A stretch of DNA of 64,000 nt from an uncultured Dehalococcoidales bacterium (GTDB lineage Bacteria > Chloroflexota > Dehalococcoidia > Dehalococcoidales > BS750m-G39), in the NCBI GenBank assembly GCA_964408935.1, contig CAYPBF010000001.1:100283-164282 (forward strand). Reading direction: 5' to 3'. Position 1 is the first letter of the stretch; each line of letters begins with the position of its first letter. A program made the position numbers and the translations under genes. A model generated the notes under the pieces. It was not told the DNA's origin, did no database searches, and saw nothing but the letters and a program-made list of their open reading frames with translations. Shown piece by piece: positions 49,255 to 57,284 of this stretch.

Positions 49255-49833
49255 CTATTTTAGCCGCTTGGTCACCATGTCCCAGTCTATATTCTGGAAG
49301 AAGGCATCTATGTAGTCCGCCCGTTTCAACCCGTAATCGAGCATAAAGGCGTGTTCGAAGACATCCATCACCAGGATAGGGGCACAGCCCGCGGGGTGGC
49401 CGACCTCGTGCTCGTTAATCCACTGGTTGAAGAGCCAGCCGTTGGTGTTATCCTGATAGAGTATCGCCCAGCCGACTCCCCTCATCGCCCCCGTCGCCCT
49501 GAAGTCCTGTTCCCAGCCTTCGTAGCTGCCGTAGGCCGCCGCCAGCTTTTCCACTACCTTCCCCGTCTTATCCAGTGGTTTCTCACCCCCCAGGTTGCCG
49601 AAGTAATATTCGTGGAGGCGCATGCCGTTGAACTCAAAACCGAAGCGGCGTTTGAGCTCAGCGTATTCAGGGGTGCCCGCCTTGCCTTCCTTGAGCATGG
49701 CCGTCATTATGTCCCAGAGCTTGTTGGTGTTGGTGACATAGCCCTGGTAGAGGGTGAAGTGGTTTTTGAGCAGGGTCTCGCTGAAACCCTTCATCCCGAT
49801 AAGAGCGCTGTAGTCCTTGGCGTCATAACCCAT
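49255..49833 (-). CDS. Fe/Mn-family superoxide dismutase
   Basis: 192 aa from the internal ATG behind AAAGGGAAAGAGG. It has the VGWAIL and LVMDVFEHAFMLDY motifs (family pattern D-V-W-E-H-A-Y-Y). Confidence 0.85.
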   Translation of the reverse strand: MGYDAKDYSALIGMKGFSETLLKNHFTLYQGYVTNTNKLWDIMTAMLKEGKAGTPEYAELKRRFGFEFNGMRLHEYYFGNLGGEKPLDKTGKVVEKLAAAYGSYEGWEQDFRATGAMRGVGWAILYQDNTNGWLFNQWINEHEVGHPAGCAPILVMDVFEHAFMLDYGLKRADYIDAFFQNIDWDMVTKRLK

Positions 49834-49871
49834 TGTCTTTACCTCTTTCCCTTTTGAGTTGCAGTCAAGGT

Positions 49872-50111
49872 TCAGATAGTGCCTAAAAACTCCTTGGCCT
49901 GATAGTCCCACTCCCTTGAGGCCACCTCCACCGAGGCGCCCTGGCCCTGTGCCGAGGCGCTAACCTCGATGCTGCCACCACCCCCCTCAAAACAAACGTA
50001 ATCGGGTAACTCGTCCTTGACCTGAAGCCCCTGTCCACCGGGGCCGAAGAAGTTCATCGCCCGCCTGACCACCTCCTCCGGCTTTAACTTCGTCTTGGCC
50101 GATATTCTCAT
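49872..50111 (-). CDS. hypothetical small protein
   Basis: 79-aa ORF between the USP and SOD genes on the same strand, with no recognisable motif. Confidence 0.35.
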   Translation of the reverse strand: MRISAKTKLKPEEVVRRAMNFFGPGGQGLQVKDELPDYVCFEGGGGSIEVSASAQGQGASVEVASREWDYQAKEFLGTI

Positions 50112-50148
50112 GGGTTTTAACCCCTCTCACTAACTATTTTAGCACTTC

Positions 50149-50622
50149 TCAGGCGCCGCTGCTTAGATTCTGGGCTCTTATCATCAGGATAGGGACATCA
50201 GCTGCCCTGAAGACCCGGTCGGCCACGCTGCCGTGCGCCCAGCGGCTGATACCAGAGCGGCCGTGGCTGGCCATAACGATGAGCCCACATTTCGTTTTAT
50301 GGGCGTAGATGATGATTTCCTCGGCGGGTTTGCCCATGAGCACCTCGGTACGCACCTTGACGCCCTTGGCCTCTAGCATTTTGGCTATCTTATCCAGGTA
50401 TTTTCTAGCCTGTTTTTCTTCCTTGCCCACCGCTTCAGGGACCAGACGCTGTCCCAAGGGCTGAGAGGAATCATCTAACATAGCGAAACCTCTGACACGC
50501 TCGGTGACAGAAACCAGAAGAACTTCTTTGACCCCGCACTCCGTCGCCAGTGCCTCAACATGGGGTAGAACACACTCCGCCCGCTCGGAACCGTCCAGGG
50601 GAACCAGAATCTTATCGTACAT
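50149..50622 (-). CDS. universal stress protein (UspA family)
   Basis: 157 aa with ILVPLDGS...A and the IVMASHGRSGISRWAHGSVA ATP-binding motif. Confidence 0.85.
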   Translation of the reverse strand: MYDKILVPLDGSERAECVLPHVEALATECGVKEVLLVSVTERVRGFAMLDDSSQPLGQRLVPEAVGKEEKQARKYLDKIAKMLEAKGVKVRTEVLMGKPAEEIIIYAHKTKCGLIVMASHGRSGISRWAHGSVADRVFRAADVPILMIRAQNLSSGA

Positions 50623-50634
50623 GTTTAGCCCCCT

Positions 50635-50814
50635 TTATTTTTTAGTTCGGCAGCCGCGGCCTTTAGTTTCCGCCTTCTTTTCAACTACCGTGCCGCAACC
50701 ACAGGCACATGTTCCACCGGTGGCGCAGGGCTCACAGCAGTATACTGTCCCTTCTTTTTCGTAGCCTCCACCCGTAATGATACATCCGCATACCGGACAA
50801 ACTTGCTCGGCCAT
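50635..50814 (-). CDS. Cys-rich 59-aa metal-binding-like peptide (TRASH/metallothionein-like)
   Basis: MAEQVCPVCGCIITGGGYEKEGTVYCCEPCATGGTCACGCGTVVEKKAETKGRGCRTKK has 12 Cys and GGAGGTGA upstream. It falls just below the ORF-track cutoff. Confidence 0.5.
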   Translation of the reverse strand: MAEQVCPVCGCIITGGGYEKEGTVYCCEPCATGGTCACGCGTVVEKKAETKGRGCRTKK

Positions 50815-50854
50815 AGTTAAATCACCTCCTCTAACAGGTTAACACTATCTATAG

Positions 50855-50919
50855 AATAGCGGGGTGGCGATAAAGAAGTTATAAAACGAGGCTGGAAAAA
50901 GTTACAGAATTATGTCATT
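50855..50919 (-). promoter_or_regulatory. promoter/operator module copy A with Pho-box-like direct repeat, facing the Cys-rich/USP/SOD unit
   Basis: The minus strand reads AATGACATAATTCTGTAACTTTTTCC...TTTTATAACTTC.TTATCGC......GCTATT. By hand count it matches copy B at about 53 of 65 positions, and at 25 of 26 in the box. Confidence 0.55.
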
Positions 50920-50934
50920 CCCTATAGTTGAGGG

Positions 50935-52608
50935 TTAACCCTGACTCAGGGGTATGGTGAAGGAAAAGGTGGAACCCTTATCGGGTTCCGATTCCACCCA
51001 GATGTGGCCGCCGTGCGCTTCCACCAGCCGACGGCAGACCATAAGCCCCAACCCCACCCCCCGCACGCCGCTAGGGCGTTCTCCCAAACGTTGAAAGGGA
51101 GCAAAGAGCTTCTCCTGGTCAGCGGGGGAAATGCCGATACCCCGGTCGCTGACGCTGAAGGCCAGCTGTTCCCCCTGCCGCTTGGCCGATACCCGCACCT
51201 CGCCACCGGAGGGCGAATACTTGGCCGCGTTTTCCAACAGGTTATAGAGGATGCGCTCCAGTCTTAAGGGGTCGGCCTGGACCCTGGGGAGACGGCGGGG
51301 GAGGCTGATAACGAATTTATGGGTAGCATACTGGCGTTTGACCTTATCCAAAGCTTCCTGGATTACCTTTTTAGCGTCTATCGCCTCGCTATAGAGGACC
51401 AGGCGCTGCGCCTGGACGCGGGAAAGCTCCAGAAGGTTGGTCAGCAGGTTAGAGAGCGTTTCCGACTCGGTGGCGGCATCCTTGAGCAACTGGCGGGTTT
51501 CTTCCGGGGAGAGGCGCTCGGCCTCGGTAAGAGCGGTGTTGATGGCCCCCGTGATTACCGTCATCGGGCTGCGCAGCTCGTGGGAGACTAGCCCGATAAA
51601 ATCGTCTTTGAGCTGGTCCAGCTTCCTGTGCTCGGTAACATCCACCATTATCGAGCGGCTGGCTACCACCCTCCCCTCTTTATCGCGTATCGGGCGCACC
51701 GACAGGTTGACCCAGAGGCTGGTGCCATCAGCCCTTTTTACCTCCAGTTCCTGGTCGCGGACTTCCTCCCCGCTAATAAACCTCTTGAAGACCGCCTGGG
51801 CAGTGGCCTTGCCCGACGGTGTATCGGCATAAAGGTCAATCACGGGCTTGCCCACCAACTCCTCGCGGCTGTAACCGAGCAGCTCGGTAGCGCGCAGGTT
51901 AGCCCGCTTGATAATGCCATCCGCTCCCACCGAGAAGTAGGCATCGGGGGCCTGCTCGTAGAGGTCGCGGTAGCGCTTTTCGCTTTCCTGAAGGGCCTCT
52001 TCAGCTATGAAGGTATGCAGGGCCTCACCTATGTAGATTCCCACCCGTTCTAAGAACTGTACTTTTCCCAGAGGGATTTTGTTTTCGCTTTCGTCAGCCA
52101 GATGGATTAAACCGAGGATTTTGTCCCCGTGCTTCATCGGCACCAAAGCCACCGATTCGTAGCCGTACTGGTTACAGACGTTCCGGGTATGGCGTTTGGC
52201 TTCCTGGCTAGCCGACGCCAGCAGCTTGGTCGTGCCGTTAGTCAGAAAGGAGCCGCCCTTGGTATAGGAGGGGAGCCATGAACCGGTATTGCCCGTTATC
52301 ACATTAACACACATGCACTCGTCCGAGCTGATGCAGAGAGGACTTTCGAACTCATAGAACTCCTGGCTGAATCCGGTATAGGCGATATAAGGTATATTGC
52401 CGCCCTCGTCCAAAAGGCGGATGCCCACGCAGCAGCACTTGGTATAGTTCTTAATCAGCTCAATGAGCCGTTCCAGATATTCATTCATATGTCGGCTCTG
52501 GCTCAGCGTCTCCAGGATACTGATAAGTAAATCCCTCTCCGCCTGCACAGTGGCGGCATTCTTGGGGCCTTTCTTTTGGGATAGTTTTCGCTTCTTATTG
52601 GCGGCCAC
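50935..52608 (-). CDS. sensor histidine kinase (GAF-PAS-HisKA-HATPase_c), no TM segment evident
   Basis: 557 aa with a GAF-like N-half, a PAS domain (YRDLYEQAPDAYFSV...), the H-box SHELRSPMT, and N/G boxes (NLLENAAKYS, DRGIGI, GLGLMV). Confidence 0.85.
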   Translation of the reverse strand: MAANKKRKLSQKKGPKNAATVQAERDLLISILETLSQSRHMNEYLERLIELIKNYTKCCCVGIRLLDEGGNIPYIAYTGFSQEFYEFESPLCISSDECMCVNVITGNTGSWLPSYTKGGSFLTNGTTKLLASASQEAKRHTRNVCNQYGYESVALVPMKHGDKILGLIHLADESENKIPLGKVQFLERVGIYIGEALHTFIAEEALQESEKRYRDLYEQAPDAYFSVGADGIIKRANLRATELLGYSREELVGKPVIDLYADTPSGKATAQAVFKRFISGEEVRDQELEVKRADGTSLWVNLSVRPIRDKEGRVVASRSIMVDVTEHRKLDQLKDDFIGLVSHELRSPMTVITGAINTALTEAERLSPEETRQLLKDAATESETLSNLLTNLLELSRVQAQRLVLYSEAIDAKKVIQEALDKVKRQYATHKFVISLPRRLPRVQADPLRLERILYNLLENAAKYSPSGGEVRVSAKRQGEQLAFSVSDRGIGISPADQEKLFAPFQRLGERPSGVRGVGLGLMVCRRLVEAHGGHIWVESEPDKGSTFSFTIPLSQG

Positions 52609-52688
52609 CGAGGCACTCCTTCAGCTTTTCCTTAGCTTATGCTGTTTTATTCTAGTTTCGGTCGCCAGTCTAGTCAAGGCGCTAACCT

Positions 52689-52717
52689 TTGACATCGGCG
52701 CAAAGGCGGATTATTAT
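52689..52717 (+). promoter_or_regulatory. sigma70-like promoter of the response-regulator gene (TTGACA-17 nt-TATTAT)
   Basis: Consensus -35 at 52689-52694 and a -10 at 52712-52717, 30 nt before the GTG start. Confidence 0.45.
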
Positions 52718-52746
52718 TACAGGCAACAGGCACCTGGGAAGATATA

Positions 52747-53442
52747 GTGAAGCGTTTTCGAATACTGGTCGTCGACGACGAAGAAAGAATCGTGCACTTC
52801 CTCACCACCAAGCTCAAGGCTTCGGGCTACGAGGTGCTCACCGCCGGCGACGGCGTTTCCGGGCTGGAACAGACCCAGGCACAAGAGCCCGACCTGATTG
52901 TGCTCGACCTGCTCATGCCCCGGATGGACGGGCTGGAGATGCTCAAAGAGCTGCGTAGCTTTTCGTCGGTACCGGTTATTATCCTCACCGCCAAGGGGGC
53001 CGACGCTGACCGCATCAAGGGGCTGCGATTAGGCGCCGACGACTACCTGCCTAAGCCCTTCAATCCCGACGAGCTGGTGGCCCGCATCGAGGCCATACGC
53101 CGTCGCCTGCAGCCCACAGACAAGGACAAGGAGACCGAGCTCTTCCGCATGGGAGACGTCACCATTGATTTCAGCAAGCGCCAGGCAACGGTCGGCGGCG
53201 AGTCCAAATACCTTACCCGCACCGAGTGGCTGCTGCTCAGCCAGCTGGTCAACAACGCGGGGCGGCTCATGCTCTACGAAGAGCTGCTCACCCGCGTCTG
53301 GGGTCCCGAATACCGCGACGATATCCAGATACTGCGCACCTGGCTCAGCCGACTGCGCCGCAAGCTCCAGAGCGACCCCAAGAATCCCCTCATCCGCACC
53401 GTGCCCAAGGCGGGCTATATCATTGACCGACCTCAGGACTAG
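52747..53442 (+). CDS. OmpR/PhoB-family response regulator
   Basis: 231 aa with a GTG start. It has a receiver domain (VVDDE...DLIVLDLLMPRMDG...LTAKG) and a winged-helix trans_reg_C domain (LTRTEWLLLSQL...VWG...LRTWLSRLRRKL). Confidence 0.9.
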   Translation: MKRFRILVVDDEERIVHFLTTKLKASGYEVLTAGDGVSGLEQTQAQEPDLIVLDLLMPRMDGLEMLKELRSFSSVPVIILTAKGADADRIKGLRLGADDYLPKPFNPDELVARIEAIRRRLQPTDKDKETELFRMGDVTIDFSKRQATVGGESKYLTRTEWLLLSQLVNNAGRLMLYEELLTRVWGPEYRDDIQILRTWLSRLRRKLQSDPKNPLIRTVPKAGYIIDRPQD

Positions 53443-53455
53443 CCCCTATCCCGTT

Positions 53456-53520
53456 AATGTCATAATTCTGTAACTTTTTCCCCCTTCATTTTATGACTTC
53501 GTTATCGCTCAGTCGCTATT
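53456..53520 (+). promoter_or_regulatory. promoter/operator module copy B with Pho-box-like direct repeat, facing the PfpI/heliorhodopsin unit
   Basis: AATGTCATAATTCTGTAACTTTTTCC...TTTTATGACTTC.TTATCGC......GCTATT. TGTCA-N6-TGTAA gives an 11-bp periodicity. Confidence 0.55.
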
Positions 53521-53585
53521 ATTGGGGATACAAAGCGATTACGAGTATCTCTTACGGGACATCCGTAGGAAGGGGTGATGTCGAG

Positions 53586-53774
53586 GTGTTGAGACTGAAG
53601 AGCTGTCCAAAGTGCAAGACAGGCGACATTACTATAGACAGAGACCACCACGGCTGGTACGAGTACTGTATCCAGTGCGGTTACATGAGCGACCTTATCA
53701 GCGTGGCCGAGTCAGAGCAGGAGCCAGCTTCCAGCGGCAAAAAGCGGCCGACACTTCCTAATAAAGGGGACTAA
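53586..53774 (+). CDS. small 4-Cys zinc-ribbon protein
   Basis: 62 aa from a GTG behind GGAAGGGG, with CPKC...CIQCG. The track start at 53493 lies inside the duplicated promoter module and is unlikely to be real. Confidence 0.45.
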   Translation: MLRLKSCPKCKTGDITIDRDHHGWYEYCIQCGYMSDLISVAESEQEPASSGKKRPTLPNKGD

Positions 53775-53779
53775 AAGGC

Positions 53780-54298
53780 ATGCTCGTCGGGAAGAGGATT
53801 GCCATCCTGGCTGAGGAGGACTTCGAGGACTCGGAGCTTATCGAACCCTTGAGGTCAATGAAGAACGCTGGCGCCAGGGTGGTGATTGTAGGCACGGGTT
53901 CCAAGAAGAACTACCAAGGCAAGCAGGGCAACGCTAAAATCAGCGTTGATACCACCGCCGATAAGGTCAAAGCCAAGGACTTCGCTGCTATTATCGTGCC
54001 TGGCGGTTACGCCCCCGACAAGATGCGCCGCGACCCCTCCATGATTGAGCTGGTGAAGAAGGCCTACGAGCTAGGCAAGGTGGTGGCGGCTATCTGTCAC
54101 GGGCCGCAATTGCTCATCTCGGCTAACATAGTTAAAGGGCGCAAGCTTACCTCATGGCCCTCGATAGCCGTTGACCTGGAAAACGCCGGCGCCAAGTGGA
54201 TAGATGCACCGGTGGTGCAGGACGGGAATCTAATCACCTCGCGCAAGCCCGCCGACCTGCCCCGTTTCAACAAGGCCATCATTGAAGCCCTGAGATAA
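53780..54298 (+). CDS. DJ-1/PfpI-family protein (PfpI-type protease/deglycase)
   Basis: 172 aa with the AAICHGPQLL nucleophile-elbow motif and the IVPGG and NLITSR motifs. Confidence 0.85.
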   Translation: MLVGKRIAILAEEDFEDSELIEPLRSMKNAGARVVIVGTGSKKNYQGKQGNAKISVDTTADKVKAKDFAAIIVPGGYAPDKMRRDPSMIELVKKAYELGKVVAAICHGPQLLISANIVKGRKLTSWPSIAVDLENAGAKWIDAPVVQDGNLITSRKPADLPRFNKAIIEALR

Positions 54299-54318
54299 AA
54301 CAGCGGAGGAGGTGAACA

Positions 54319-55086
54319 ATGGCTACTGACCAATCTATCGAACGGCGACTTAACCGACTACGTATCTGGAATATCGTTGTCGGACTGATTCTGGCCGCAC
54401 AGGCTGTTTTGATAGCAGTACTCACTAACAACTTTTCGCTTCCGGTGACGGCAGGGTTTATAACCGGCCCGCCCGGCAGCGAACCCGAGATTCACCACCT
54501 GTTTAATATCGCCACCGGCTGGGGTGTTTTCGCTTTCCTGGCAATCTCAGCGGTTGCTTTGTTGATAATCGCCTCGCCTCTCGTTTTCCCCTGGTACAAG
54601 CGTAACCTGCTACAGAACCGTAACTACGGACGCTGGATAGAGTACTTCTTCAGCTCCTCTATTATGATCGTGTTAATCGCTCAAATCACCGGTATCAGTG
54701 ATATTGCCGCCTTGATGGCCATCTTCGGCATCAACGCCTGTATGATACTCTTCGGAGCGCTTCAGGAGAAGTATGAAAACCCAGGCAAGCCCAGCTGGCT
54801 GCCATTATGGTTCGGCAGCTTTGCCGGCGCCATCCCCTGGATTGCTATTGCGATTTACGTCTGGGCGCCAGGGCTTAATTTATCGCCACCCGGTTTCGTC
54901 TACGGCATCATTGCCTCGCTGTTCGTTTTCTTTAACTGTTTTGCTATCAACATGGTATTGCAGTACAAGAAGGTGGGACCCTGGCGGGATTACCTGTTTG
55001 GGGAGAAGGTGTATATAATTCTCAGTCTCACGGCCAAGGCGCTGCTAGCCTGGCAGGTGTTCTTCCCAGTGCTGATGCCAGCATAG
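54319..55086 (+). CDS. heliorhodopsin
   Basis: 255 aa with 7 TM helices. RWIEYFFSSSIMIVLIAQI, FGINACMILFGALQEKY, LWFGSFAGAIPW, PGFVYGIIASLFVFFN and SLTAKALLAWQVF parallel the blocks of prototype 48C12 as I recall them. The TM7 Lys is K240 (55036-55038) and the TM3 Glu is E108 (54640-54642). Confidence 0.85.
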   Translation: MATDQSIERRLNRLRIWNIVVGLILAAQAVLIAVLTNNFSLPVTAGFITGPPGSEPEIHHLFNIATGWGVFAFLAISAVALLIIASPLVFPWYKRNLLQNRNYGRWIEYFFSSSIMIVLIAQITGISDIAALMAIFGINACMILFGALQEKYENPGKPSWLPLWFGSFAGAIPWIAIAIYVWAPGLNLSPPGFVYGIIASLFVFFNCFAINMVLQYKKVGPWRDYLFGEKVYIILSLTAKALLAWQVFFPVLMPA

Positions 55087-55110
55087 TTTAAGAAAGGAGT
55101 TGCCAGACAA

Positions 55111-55569
55111 ATGAACAAGAAACTACGTTACCTGGGGTTGGGGATAATAGTCATCGGGTTGGTAGCTATAGCCATAGGCATCGTCTTTATCCAGCAGGGC
55201 TTTGCCAAGGAAGCCTTCTTAAAAGAGGCGATGACGCAAGAGCAGATAACACTTGGGAGTGTAGAGGGTATAGATGGCATCATAGATACTCAAGAGGAAG
55301 CCCAAATTGCCGGCGATACCGTCCGAGGACATCGGCATAGCATTGCCCCGACCTACGGGGAGCTATTGGGGGATGAGCAATTCGACCCCACCAACCCCAC
55401 CCAGTTGTCCTACGCCCAAGCCCTTAACCTAGAGAACTACCTCTATCTGGCGGTAGCATCTTTCGGCGTTTTCACCTTGGCCAAGGGGGCTGGGGCCTTT
55501 ATGGCACTGACGGGTATCGGCCTGGGCGCTACCGGTTTTGTGCTCTGGAAGAAAGCTAAGGGTAAATAA
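55111..55569 (+). CDS. hypothetical membrane protein (N-terminal TM, C-terminal 2 TM)
   Basis: 152-aa ORF starting 24 nt after the heliorhodopsin stop, behind AAGGAG. Confidence 0.4.
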   Translation: MNKKLRYLGLGIIVIGLVAIAIGIVFIQQGFAKEAFLKEAMTQEQITLGSVEGIDGIIDTQEEAQIAGDTVRGHRHSIAPTYGELLGDEQFDPTNPTQLSYAQALNLENYLYLAVASFGVFTLAKGAGAFMALTGIGLGATGFVLWKKAKGK

Positions 55570-55599
55570 GCTAAAAAATCAAACAAGGAGGTAAAGAAA

Positions 55600-56151
55600 A
55601 TGGCTAAAGTAGCGCGAGAGATGGTGGAGTTGACCGGAGTAAACGTTGACGAATTACTAAAGCTGCTCGTCGATAATGCCGCCGCCGAACTGACCACCTA
55701 TTATTACTACACGATTCTGAGAGCGAACCTTATCGGACTGGATGGCGAGACGATAAAGGAGATCGCCGAGACCGCCCGCATCGAAGACCGCAATCACTTC
55801 GAGGCCCTGGTGCCGCGCATCTACGAGCTGGGCGGCAAACTACCGGAGAGCATGATAGACTTCCACAACTGCTCTGCCTGCCCGCCGGCCAGCCTGCCCA
55901 AGAAAGCCCACGACGTCCAGGCGTTGCTCAAGGTGCTGGTGGAGGCGGAAAGGTGCGCCGTCAGGGGATACACCAACATCTGTAACATCACGGCGGGCAA
56001 AGACCACCGCACCTATGACCTGGCCCAATCCATTCTCAACGAGGAGATAGAGCACGAATCGTGGTTCTCCGAGTTCCTGGGTGAGGGTCCCTCCGGTCAC
56101 TTCCTGCGTCGCGGCGAGACCTCTCCCTTCGTCTCCAAGTTTTTGAAATAA
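55600..56151 (+). CDS. ferritin-like diiron protein, DPS-like (DPSL) type
   Basis: 183 aa behind AAGGAGG. It has a four-helix ferritin-like pattern (E..H diiron ligands: RIEDRNHFE and EEIEHESW) and a Cys pair (CSACPP) as described for DPSL proteins. Confidence 0.6.
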   Translation: MAKVAREMVELTGVNVDELLKLLVDNAAAELTTYYYYTILRANLIGLDGETIKEIAETARIEDRNHFEALVPRIYELGGKLPESMIDFHNCSACPPASLPKKAHDVQALLKVLVEAERCAVRGYTNICNITAGKDHRTYDLAQSILNEEIEHESWFSEFLGEGPSGHFLRRGETSPFVSKFLK

Positions 56152-56173
56152 GAGCGCGACGGTGTATTATAAT

Positions 56174-56202
56174 GGGAGGCCCGGGGCTAATATAGGCCTC
56201 CC
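56174..56202 (+). terminator. GC-rich hairpin between the DPSL and ZIP genes (GGGAGGCC-13 nt-GGCCTCCC)
   Basis: 8-bp perfect stem with no U-tract, so its terminator function is uncertain. Confidence 0.3.
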
Positions 56203-56226
56203 CAAAATCGTACAGCCGGAGCGGTT

Positions 56227-57042
56227 ATGGAAATTAGCTTCCTGCAAAATCTCCATCCGGTGGTCCAGGCGCTTCTGGCCACCCTCTTTACCTGGGCGAT
56301 GACGGCAGCGGGGGCGGCGACGGTATTCACCGCCCGGAACATAAGCCGCCGCATCCTGGACGCCATGCTCGGTTTCACTGCGGGGGTTATGATTGCCGCC
56401 AGTTACTGGTCGCTGCTGGCGCCAGCCATCGCCATGTCCCAGGATATGGACATACCGTCATGGGTGCCGGCGGTGGTCGGTTTCCTAGGCGGGGGCTTTT
56501 TCCTCTGGGGCGTTGATAAGGTGTTGCCCCACCTCCACCTGGGCTTCCCCACCTCGGAGGCGGAGGGGGTCAAGACAAGCTGGCGGCGGAGCACGCTGCT
56601 CGTACTGGCCATAACCTTGCACAACATACCGGAGGGGCTGGCGGTGGGGGTGGCCTTCGGGGCTTTGGCCGTGGGCATGCCCTCGGCCTCTTTCGGCGCC
56701 GCCGTCGCCCTGGCTATCGGCATCGGCATCCAGAACTTCCCCGAGGGGATGGCCGTCTCCGTCCCCTTGCGCCGTGAGGGCCTTTCGCGCCGAAAAAGCT
56801 TTATGTACGGGCAACTATCGGGGGTAGTCGAGCCTATTGCCGGGGTTATCGGGGCAGCAGCGGTGGTTATCGCCCAGCCCATCTTGCCCTACGCGCTGGC
56901 CTTCGCTGCGGGGGCGATGATATTCGTCGTCGTCGAGGAGGTAGTACCCGAAGCCCAGCGCGGCGGTAACGCCGACATCGCCACCATGGGCGCCATGGTC
57001 GGCTTCGCCCTGATGATGCTGCTCGACGTCGCCTTCGGTTAA
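56227..57042 (+). CDS. ZIP-family divalent metal transporter (ZupT/GufA-like)
   Basis: 271 aa and polytopic, with the [11 protein letters not shown] and QNFPEG signature motifs. Confidence 0.85.
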   Translation: MEISFLQNLHPVVQALLATLFTWAMTAAGAATVFTARNISRRILDAMLGFTAGVMIAASYWSLLAPAIAMSQDMDIPSWVPAVVGFLGGGFFLWGVDKVLPHLHLGFPTSEAEGVKTSWRRSTLLVLAITLHNIPEGLAVGVAFGALAVGMPSASFGAAVALAIGIGIQNFPEGMAVSVPLRREGLSRRKSFMYGQLSGVVEPIAGVIGAAAVVIAQPILPYALAFAAGAMIFVVVEEVVPEAQRGGNADIATMGAMVGFALMMLLDVAFG

Positions 57043-57046
57043 CGAA

Positions 57047-57280
57047 ATGGAAACATTTAGTCTTGAGGAGCTAAAAAAATACGATGGCAGCCAAGGCATT
57101 AGCTATGTAGCCTACCGGGGCAAGGTCTATGATGTTTCTAAGAGCTTTCACTGGAAGAAGGGGGTACACCAGGTCAGCCACAAAGCGGGGCAAGACCTGA
57201 CTGAGGCCCTGAAAGACGCCCCCCACCTCCCCGATTTATTGTTTAAGTTCCCCGTGGTGGGTCAACTGGAAGAGAAATAA
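57047..57280 (+). CDS. cytochrome b5-like heme/steroid-binding domain protein
   Basis: 77 aa. [14 protein letters not shown]...[12 protein letters not shown] matches the cyt-b5-like/PGRMC-type domain. Confidence 0.7.
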   Translation: METFSLEELKKYDGSQGISYVAYRGKVYDVSKSFHWKKGVHQVSHKAGQDLTEALKDAPHLPDLLFKFPVVGQLEEK

Positions 57281-57284
57281 GGAA

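Noticed and set aside
50894-53481. The 26-bp inverted repeats as terminal inverted repeats of a mobile cassette carrying the two-component system
   Set aside because: There is no transposase and I could identify no target-site duplication. Similarity also extends a further ~39 bp outward into what look like -10 and leader regions pointing at the neighbouring genes. That fits duplicated promoters better than transposon ends. It is not fully excluded.
53493-53585. ATG at 53493 as the start of the zinc-ribbon ORF (93-aa version in the track)
   Set aside because: This ATG lies inside the duplicated promoter module, and the other copy has ATA at the same position. It has no RBS. A GTG at 53586 behind GGAAGGGG gives a compact 62-aa zinc-ribbon protein.
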